Both the position numbers and the translations under genes were made by a program. Below are positions 55,979-64,000 of a stretch of DNA of 64,000 bases, one piece after another. This DNA comes from an uncultured Rivularia sp. (GTDB taxonomy: Bacteria; Cyanobacteriota; Cyanobacteriia; Cyanobacteriales; Nostocaceae): contig OY762007.1 of NCBI GenBank assembly GCA_963665115.1, positions 832,001 to 896,000 of the forward strand. Reading direction: 5' to 3'. Numbering within the stretch: the stretch's first letter is position 1; every line of letters begins with the position of its first letter. Below the pieces are notes generated by a model. It saw only the letters and a list, made by a program, of their open reading frames with translations, searched no databases and had not been told where the DNA came from.

Positions 55979-57007
55979 CTACTTCTTAGCCCAGAAGAAA
56001 TCTTTATCGATTTGTTGAGTGCGAATCAAATACTCTAACTGTTTTAAACGAGTAAATCCTCTAGAGAAAAATATTTCCTCAGTCATGTCAATTTGGTTAA
56101 ACACATCAAACAATTGTTTTGCTCCCGAACGGGCATCCCAATCGCATTTAAAGCCAGGTAAAACAGTATTAATTTTTTCAAAAGAAACTCGATAGCTGCG
56201 GTTATCTGAAGCACTATCGCCAAAGCTCAACTTACATCCAGGGAATGCTTCAGCAACAAATTCAGCTATTTCCTTGACTCGATAATTATTAGCGGTATCT
56301 CCAACGTTAAATATTTGGTTGTGTACGATATCGCGAGGAGCTTCCAAAGCACAAATAATCGCTTTAGAAATATCTAAGGCATGAACTAATGGCCTCCAAG
56401 GGGTACCATCGCTGATCATTTTTATTTCTTTGGTAGTCCACGCTAAACCAGCTAAGTTATTGAGAACAATATCAAAGCGCATTCTTGGGGAAGCACCGAA
56501 AGCAGTCGCATTCCGCATGAAGGTAGGAGAAAAATCATCGCTCGCAAGCGGTTGGACATCTCTTTCTACAAAGGTTTTACATTCTGCATAAGCAGTTTGG
56601 GGATTAACGGGGGATTCTTCGGTAACATCACCCTCGGTAGCAACACCATAAACGCTACAGGATGACATATATACGAAGCGGCGTATACCTGCCTGTTTCG
56701 CTAGTTTGGCAAGACGAACCGAACCAACATGATTGATATCGTATGTAATAGTTGGTGATAATTGTCCGGTAGGATCGTTGGATAGTTCGGCCATATGAAC
56801 TATAGCTTCTACGCCTTGCAAATCCTCTAAGGAGATATTACGAATATCTTTATTCAAGGTTTTGGCACTAGTTTCGGTACCGTTGTACAACCAACCAACT
56901 TTGTAGTAGCCAGTGTCTACACCAATTACTTCATGTCCCCGTTCAATTAACAACGGAGCTAACAAACAACCGAGATAACCTTCTGTACCAGTAACGAGAA
57001 TTTTCAT
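55979..57007 (-). CDS. NAD-dependent epimerase/dehydratase (extended SDR)
   Basis: TGTEGYLG, SSCSVYG and YAECK motifs. Confidence 0.92.
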   Translation of the reverse strand: MKILVTGTEGYLGCLLAPLLIERGHEVIGVDTGYYKVGWLYNGTETSAKTLNKDIRNISLEDLQGVEAIVHMAELSNDPTGQLSPTITYDINHVGSVRLAKLAKQAGIRRFVYMSSCSVYGVATEGDVTEESPVNPQTAYAECKTFVERDVQPLASDDFSPTFMRNATAFGASPRMRFDIVLNNLAGLAWTTKEIKMISDGTPWRPLVHALDISKAIICALEAPRDIVHNQIFNVGDTANNYRVKEIAEFVAEAFPGCKLSFGDSASDNRSYRVSFEKINTVLPGFKCDWDARSGAKQLFDVFNQIDMTEEIFFSRGFTRLKQLEYLIRTQQIDKDFFWAKK

Positions 57008-57065
57008 TGATTTTGATTCCTATTAATTATTAATCATTCAGATAAGGATTTTTTACGAAATTAAA

Positions 57066-58284
57066 CTAGCAATTGACTGCTGCCGGTTTGAGATGCGCTT
57101 GTTCGGGAATTTCTGCCACTACAGCTTTGCCAATTTCTATAGAAGAGGTAGCTGCTGGAGAAGGTGCATTGCACACATGAACGGAGTTTTGACCTTTTAC
57201 AATCAAAAAGTCCTCTACTAACTTTCCATCGTTCATCAAAGCTTGAGCGCGAACCCCTGCGTGGGTGGGAATTACGTCTTCGGAGCGAACTTCAGGAATT
57301 AGTTGTTGCATACTTTTTACAAAAGCTGCTTTACTAAAAGAACGAATAATTTCTTTAATTCCTTCATCTGAGTGTTTTGCAGCGAGTTTCCAGAAGCCAG
57401 GATAACTCATTACTTCCGCAAAATCGCGTAGATTAAAATCTGTTTTCTTATAACCTTCCCGCTTCAAACTGAGTACGGCATTTGGTCCTGCATGAACGGT
57501 ACCGTCTATCATCCGGGTAAAGTGAACGCCAAGGAAGGGAAAATCTGGATTGGGAACCGGATAAATCAAACCTTTAACTAGATGACGCTTTTCCGGGACA
57601 AATTCGTAATATTCACCGCGAAAAGGTACAATCTTAGCCTGGGGATCGACTTTTCCTAATTTAGCTACACGGTCAGAATGCAAGCCAGCACAGTTAATTA
57701 GGAAGCGGGTTTCAAAACTGCCATTATTAGTTTCTAAAACCTGATTTTGACCGCTAGCAACTATCTTATATACTTTAGTGTTGAATTTGATTTCGCCACC
57801 TTGTTGCTGGATAATTTCCGCGTATTTCTGGCAAACTTGTTTGTAATTTACAATCCCAGTTGATCCGACCCAAATTCCTGCAACACTTTTTACGTGGGGT
57901 TCTTTTTCCTTGACTTCTTCACTCGTGATTTTTTTAACATCTAAACCATTTTCTAAACCCCGTTTGTAGAGGTTTTCTAAACGAGGAAGTTGTTCGGGAG
58001 AAGTGGCAACAATAACTTTACCGCAGACTTCATGGTCAATGCCGTGTTCCTGGCAAAATTGCACCATAGAAACGGCAACCTTCGCGGGAAAATTTGGCTT
58101 TGAAGCTACCAGGTTTATAATAAATTCCCGAGTGAATCACACCGCTATTATTACCAGTTTGGTGAAATGCTACTTGCTTTTCTTTCTCCAAAACCAAGAT
58201 TCTGGCCTTTGGATAGCGTTTCCCTAAAGCCATACTGGTAGAAAGACCGACTATACCCCCACCAACAATTACGAAATCATACAT
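57066..58284 (-). CDS. lhgO: L-2-hydroxyglutarate oxidase-family FAD oxidoreductase, split by a +1 frameshift at 58070-58072
   Basis: [28 protein letters not shown] and NAPSPAATS motifs; removing one base gives GCRSMVQF. Confidence 0.9.
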
Positions 58285-58392
58285 ATATTCTTCTTGGCTC
58301 CCCTGAAACTAAAGTAATTAAAGTAATTAAAGTAATCAAACAATTAACAATCATCCAAACAGACGTAGCAGTGCTACGTCTCTACAATTGAT

Positions 58393-59166
58393 TTACCAAA
58401 CCTTCCAAGGAGCTTCGTTATTCTTCCAAAGGTTTTCTAAATAATTTTTATCTCGTAAAGTATCCATTGGCTGCCAAAAGCCATCGTGCTTGTAAGCAGA
58501 TAGCTGTTCCATATCAGCCAGCTTTTCTAATGGATCTTTTTCCCAAACGGTAGAATCGCCTTCAATAAAATCTATAACTTGAGGTTCTAAGACAAAAAAT
58601 CCACCATTAATCCAAGCGTTATCTCCTTCTGGTTTTTCGCGGAAACTGGTAATCTTTGTTTGTTCTTGTCCTAGAACGATCGCACCAAAACGTCCTGGTG
58701 GTTGTACCGCACTTAAAGTGGCTAAAGTCTGTTGTTCTTGATGAAATTTAAGAATATTGGTGATATTTACGTTACTGACACCATCACCATAAGTAAAGCA
58801 AAAAGTTTCGTTACCAATATGCTCTTTGACTCGCTTTAATCTTCCACCTGTCAAGGTATTATCACCTGTATTTACCAAAGTGACGCGCCAAGGTTCGGCA
58901 TAACCAGAATGTACGTTCATCTGATTAAAGCGCATATCAAAAGTTACGTCTGACATATGTAAGAAGTAGTTGGCAAAATACTCCTTAATAATGTACCCTT
59001 TGTAACCACAACAGATAATAAAATCATTAATACCGTGAGCGGCATAAATTTTCATAATATGCCAAAGAATTGGCTTACCACCAATTTCTACCATCGGTTT
59101 TGGTCTAACGCTAGTTTCCTCACTTAACCGCGTACCCAAACCTCCAGCCAAAATTACTGCCTTCAT
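58393..59166 (-). CDS. rfbF: Glucose-1-phosphate cytidylyltransferase (first gene of the HEP island)
   Basis: [22 protein letters not shown] and [11 protein letters not shown] motifs. Confidence 0.96.
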   Translation of the reverse strand: MKAVILAGGLGTRLSEETSVRPKPMVEIGGKPILWHIMKIYAAHGINDFIICCGYKGYIIKEYFANYFLHMSDVTFDMRFNQMNVHSGYAEPWRVTLVNTGDNTLTGGRLKRVKEHIGNETFCFTYGDGVSNVNITNILKFHQEQQTLATLSAVQPPGRFGAIVLGQEQTKITSFREKPEGDNAWINGGFFVLEPQVIDFIEGDSTVWEKDPLEKLADMEQLSAYKHDGFWQPMDTLRDKNYLENLWKNNEAPWKVW

Positions 59167-60061
59167 AAAAACTGCCTCTAATTTTTTTTAAGGTAGATGA
59201 ATGAATAGTTCTCTTATGATTCAGATTAAGAGAAATTTTTATTTTCTCAGTATATAATCTAACCGTATTTTTACTTGATTTTGTAAAGACGAGATAAATA
59301 TAGCTGTTTTGTCTGTAAAAAAATGAAAAAGCTTGCTTTGCTATAAAATCGCGATTCAAGACTTTTGATGTTGCCAGATTAAAAATCACAAAATTACCTT
59401 TATCTACTTCTACAAAGCTAAGTGTAAATAAAGTTATATAAAGGATTTTTGATATATCAAAAATATAGAAAAAGAATCTATTAATTGACAATATTTTTTC
59501 TGTATTGCTTATCTAAAGAGTTATTATATCAAGTCCGGATAATTACGTATTATTCTCTGACAAAAATTAAAAAACTAAATTGATTGTCTGTACTAAGCCT
59601 CGTTTCAAAGAGATTTAGCGCTAATTTCATACCTATACTTCAGCTAGGTGCCATCCTTGAAGAATAATCTGGCAGGTTAAACAACTTAATATTTACTCCT
59701 CGCTCCTATTACAGACAAGCCATGAAGTAGAATTCTTATATTGATTGCAAAAGCTTCTAGTGCTTTAGTTTCTCTGTGTCATAGATTCGCGATTTATTAA
59801 GCCTGCACAAACTATGTTGTAAAAGAAAACAGACGATACAGCATTCAGCGCGATCGCTCCGGCATTCACTCTTGAATATCTGGTAATAAACAACGAATAA
59901 TCAAAGAAAACAGTGAATTAATCTAGCTTGCTCAGGAGAGTAATATTACAGAATGTCTTTAAATATTTAAAGTATTAAAAGATACTTTACTATCCGTGCC
60001 AGCCTTTTTTATGTTGAATTTGGTTTTATCGTACTCGGCATATCAAACCTAAAAATTAATC

Positions 60062-60388
60062 AGCGCGGATGCGATATAAGTAATTAAACAAAATTAATTA
60101 CACATTGTCATTGCGAGTGGAACGAAGTGAAATGAAGCATTCACCGAAGGTGTGGATCATCGCGACACTTTGAGATTACTTCGCGCAGCGAATAATGACA
60201 CAATTAATTTTGCAGACCCACTTATAAGTAATTAAACAAAATTAATTACACATTGTCATTGCGAGTTGAACGGAGTGAAACGAAGCATTCACCGAAGGTG
60301 TGGATCATCGCAAGGGTTGGGATTACTTCGCGCAGCGAATAATGACGGTAAATATTTTTGTTCACCTACTTAGAATTGCATCCGCGCT
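60062..60388. repeat. Tandem duplication of a ~148-bp MITE-like unit inside a 14-bp inverted repeat
   Basis: Units at 60076-60223 and 60224-60371; outer agcgcggatgcgat / attgcatccgcgct. Confidence 0.88.
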
Positions 60389-60855
60389 TAATATGTAAAT
60401 CAATCTGTTTGTAATACAAATATATTATTGAAGAGCCTGCTATTAATTATTTATTAGCCGCATATTGTATGTAATCCTCGGGCACATTGATTTTGCCGGG
60501 TAAATTATTCGTAGTAGTTGATTGCATAAATTCTGAAAGGTTAGTTTTTCCCGTAACCTTCGGGAGACGTTATGTATAACGTCTCTACAACCCAGCAGAA
60601 TTATTGTGGGCAAGTACTAGTACTTGGGCAAATTGATTTTGTAAGGTTCGTAGTGAGGACTTCAGTCGTCTAATTTAGGGTTAAAGCCGCTACGTAGAAC
60701 CTTTGTTAGCCTTTATAACTGATGACGGTAAAATAGTGGATCGCATTAAGATGATTCATTTATTCCCAAAAAAATATAGAGACGCGATATATCGCGTCTC
60801 TACAACTTTTCAGAATTAATAAAATAGATTACTAGTAGCGTTAGGGCATCAATTT

Positions 60856-63040
60856 TTATTGCTCTATTACACTTGTTTTTTGAAATAAGGTATCGCATTT
60901 GTTGTCAACAACAACGCAAATGCTGCTAAGTGCTTGCTGATAATTATCCATATCGTCTTTTTCCAGGGAAATTTTAGCCGCTTTTTGCAAATCTTCTATT
61001 GCTTGCTGACGATATGCATTGGATTCTCCTCCGCCATATTGTGCTAGTTCGTAGCGAACTAAACCCCGCTTTAAATACACTTTTGGTAGTTTAGAATTCA
61101 GCTGTAATGCTTGATTAAAATCTGTAAGAGCTTTTTTATATTCTTGCTCGAAGTTACTGCTGTATTGAGCTAATTGATAGCGGACTAAGCCTCTTTGATA
61201 GAAAGCTTCTGGTCTAGAGGAATTGATTTGTAAGGCTCGATTAAAGTCCTCAATTGCTCTTAAATAATCTTTCTGAGAATCACCGCTGAATTTTGCTATT
61301 TGAGAACGGACGATGCCTCGTCTAATGTAGGCTTCTACTTCGTCACGGTCAATTCTTAATGCCTGATTGTAGTCATCAATTGCCAACTTATATTCTTTGT
61401 CAGGGTCGCTGCTATATTCGGCAAGCATATAACGAACGTTACCACGATTGACAAGAGCTTTGATTGCGTTTGGATTTAATTTAAGAGCATGAGTATAATC
61501 TGTAAGGGCTGCTTCATATTCTTTTAGGTTATAGTGTGAATTGCCGCGATTGACGTAAGCTTTCGGACTGTCGGGATTTTGTTGTATTGCTTGAGCAAAA
61601 TTAGTAATGGCTTCTTCGTATTTCTTCCCTTTGTATGCAGCACGACCTTCTTTGTAATAATCTGTAAAGCTGCTTTTATTATCGACTGGTTTGGAACTTA
61701 TTAAAGTTTGTTGAGCGTATTGGTTTTCTTCAACTTTGGATGTTGTAAATTTAGTAACTATATCTAAATAACCCAATGTCAAGAAGCCGAGCAAACATAA
61801 AACGAGTGGATAAAATTTTGGCTTATTGTTTGGCTGATAGTAAGAAATCTTTCTACCAACTGGCGAAGGATGCTTCGGAGTCACGTATCTTGATGTGGCT
61901 ACCGTTGTAGCAGTCCTTCTTCTTGGGGTTGTAGTAGTACGTCGGCGATTCGCTCTGGGACGCGGCTTTAAGTGTTTCTTGCTGGCAACATCTTGAATTG
62001 ATGGAAAAGGATCTCTTCCACCCAATTTTGCACTACGTTCGCACCAAGGACATTTATGTAGGTGGTTGCTGTAAAGATGTTGGGGATTTTTCTGACAAGT
62101 ACGCAGGGCATCTTCTGCTTCAGCTAAAGCCAACAGCCATGTTTGAGCGTTCGGACGAATATTCGGGTTGTTATGGCCATCTTCAAAACAACGTATAAAA
62201 AGCTGTTGCAAAGTGGGATGAAGAATATCCCAAGATGGTGCAATAGGTGTTGGACTATAAGGTACGTGCCGATTCACACTGTAGGTAAAGTGCCCATTCG
62301 CAATACGGGCTTCATATGGTGGCGGTTCGCCTACCAAATGGTAAATTCCGGAAAATGGATGAGTACCTTCCATCAACAGCTGGAATATCAGTACTCCTAA
62401 ACCAAATAAGTCATGGGGAGTAGCGCGATCGTACTCGGAAAATGTTTTGTTTTGTAGTTCTGGGGGGGTAAATTCGGGTTTACCTACGGGAGTACGATAA
62501 ACAATATTAGTTTTTGGATCGCGGACTTGAAACGAATCGGTGTCCACAATTGTCACTAATGCCGTATCGCTAACTAAAATATTCGATTCGTTAACATCAC
62601 CAACGCAATATCCAGATTGATGTAAAGCAGCAAACGCCGCAGCCAAATTACGAGCAGTGCGTATGAGGTACTGATAGTTAAACAAAGGACAGTGTTGACG
62701 GCGAGTCCTTGGGTTATAAAAATCGATTACCGGACGCATCCCCCGAATGCGCGGCATCGTAAAACCAATAATATTATTACTACCGTCTGCGGCCCCGAAT
62801 TAGTTCGGAAGGCCAAGCAATAGAAATATGCCCTAAAGATGCTGTCGGATTTTCCGGTGGGTTAAGAACCATCACTTCCAGCTTGCTAGCCTTTTCTGCG
62901 TCAGGCTTATGGTAGACTTTGGCGACGGTTTCTGCATCTGAGGGTACTGTGTAGATGCACGCTTCACCACCACGCCCCAAGCTGACGTGGAGGTTGATCG
63001 GAACAATTTTTTGACTGGGAAGACAGTGTAGTACCTGCAT
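60856..63040 (-). CDS. YegI-like Ser/Thr kinase with Cys/His cluster, TM helix and TPR domain, split by a +1 frameshift near 62791
   Basis: LGRGGEA, AKVY, GDVNESN, DTDS, TPPE, GTHPF, C…H…CPWC, hydrophobic helix, then repeated AY.NRG TPRs. Confidence 0.9.
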
Positions 63041-63108
63041 TTTTAAATTACAATGACTGTTGTTTAAATTTGACTGCGGTTCGATAGTATCGCTAATAAC
63101 TAATAAAT

Positions 63109-63891
63109 TTATGAATCGCTTAATGCTGCTATTATTAAAGTTAGATCGTCATCGGTACGTTGAGTAATTTTATCCGAACGTAAAAATTTAACTAGTTGTT
63201 CTTTTGCCCCTTTCAACTCTTCGGCATTAGCTACAAAGTCAAATAAAGGTAAGAAAAACGGCTTGTGCGGTAAACCCACAGACATATTTATTGCCAACAT
63301 TTGCAGCCCGTCGGTAAGAAGTGCAATGTTGGTAATACCCTGTCTCCATACGTTTACCTGTACCGAATCTAATGCCGTGGGCGAAGTCAAAAAGCTAGTT
63401 TCATTGATATATTCGCCACTATCGGGAACCGTTAAAGCTGTTAAATTTCCCGCGCTATCTTTAGCCACTGCTACGCCATCTCCTATTTGAGCCACTACAG
63501 CGACTATAGGTGTAGCTACCACAACAATTAAAGTTGTCGATAAATCCTTGGGTGGTCTATTTGAAGCTATCGCTTCTTCCTCAACTGCCGTTTTTGCAGC
63601 TAAGATTGCTTCACTTAATAGCGACTTTGCCGAGTTATCCCGATCTAGGGTTTCTCGATTTATCTGCTTAAGAGATATATTTTCAATCGCTGCTTCGACA
63701 GCAACCATTGCTCCTACCTTTCCCAAGCTAGCACTTCCAGCACCATCTGCTGCGGCTGCCACCAATATATTATCTGGCAACATCTCCCAGTGATGGGCAT
63801 CTTGACAAAGTTGTGAATTCCGAATGTGGCTGGTTCCACAAACTGATGCACCTACTACCCGCCAACGAAGCTGCTGTATTGAACTGTTCAT
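63109..63891 (-). CDS. PP2C-family phosphatase (YegK/PphC-like)
   Basis: GTSH…CQD, ADGAGSA, IGDG, GEYINET, TDG and DDLT motifs. Confidence 0.92.
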   Translation of the reverse strand: MNSSIQQLRWRVVGASVCGTSHIRNSQLCQDAHHWEMLPDNILVAAAADGAGSASLGKVGAMVAVEAAIENISLKQINRETLDRDNSAKSLLSEAILAAKTAVEEEAIASNRPPKDLSTTLIVVVATPIVAVVAQIGDGVAVAKDSAGNLTALTVPDSGEYINETSFLTSPTALDSVQVNVWRQGITNIALLTDGLQMLAINMSVGLPHKPFFLPLFDFVANAEELKGAKEQLVKFLRSDKITQRTDDDLTLIIAALSDS

Positions 63892-63935
63892 ATTAACAAT
63901 GTTTCGGGCTGTTTAATTGCTGTACTTGCACTATA

Positions 63936-64000
63936 TTAAACAGAACCCCAACCGATTGGTGGCAAAGCGACTTGTTCGTCCACTTTTGAATGAGAAACTG
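63936..64000 (-). CDS. C-terminal end of a vWA-domain protein (TerY/YegL-like), partial
   Basis: Manual translation …VSHSKVDEQVALPPIGWGSV*, a typical YegL/TerY C-terminus, directly upstream of PP2C and kinase. Confidence 0.75.
   Translation of the reverse strand, partial: VSHSKVDEQVALPPIGWGSV

Noticed and set aside
59120..59491. 123-aa ORF upstream of rfbF and the 67-aa ORF 29350-29553
   Set aside because: AT-rich or repeat-derived sequence with no motifs; likely spurious.
60076..60371. Possible CRISPR array
   Set aside because: Only two ~148-bp near-identical units with no unique spacers and no cas genes; it is a tandem MITE-like duplication.

Overview
AT-rich chromosomal window from a heterocyst-forming cyanobacterium (Nostocales, Rivularia/Calothrix-like). 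This is inferred from frequent HIP1 octamers (GCGATCGC), heptamer STRR tracts, CP12 and a complete heterocyst envelope polysaccharide (HEP) island. The left ~36 kb holds housekeeping and signalling genes (argG, rpsB-tsf with the S2 leader RNA, recG, guaA, cp12, trmB, a ChlH/BchH-family Mg-chelatase H paralogue, two histidine kinases) plus two accessory spots. One is a truncated OMEGA element (HNH-less IsrB/IscB-family gene with an intact-looking omegaRNA) inside a decayed cation-efflux gene. The other is a hicBA toxin-antitoxin pair bracketed by direct repeats. The region 36.5-59.2 kb is the HEP island (rfbF to hepC, hepA, glycosyltransferases, O-antigen ligase-like gene), with what looks like an extra glycosyltransferase plus PIG-L deacetylase pair. 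The right end is a vWA (TerY)-PP2C-Ser/Thr kinase triad whose kinase carries a TM helix and TPRs. Ten genes are split by single extra bases in homopolymer runs, most likely assembly errors. I saw no CRISPR array, tRNA or rRNA. I found no unambiguously new system; the best leads are the IsrB/omegaRNA locus, the TerY-P-like triad beside the HEP island, the repeat-flanked hicBA cassette and the HEP nucleotide-sugar module. All family calls come from motif recognition by eye, not from searches.
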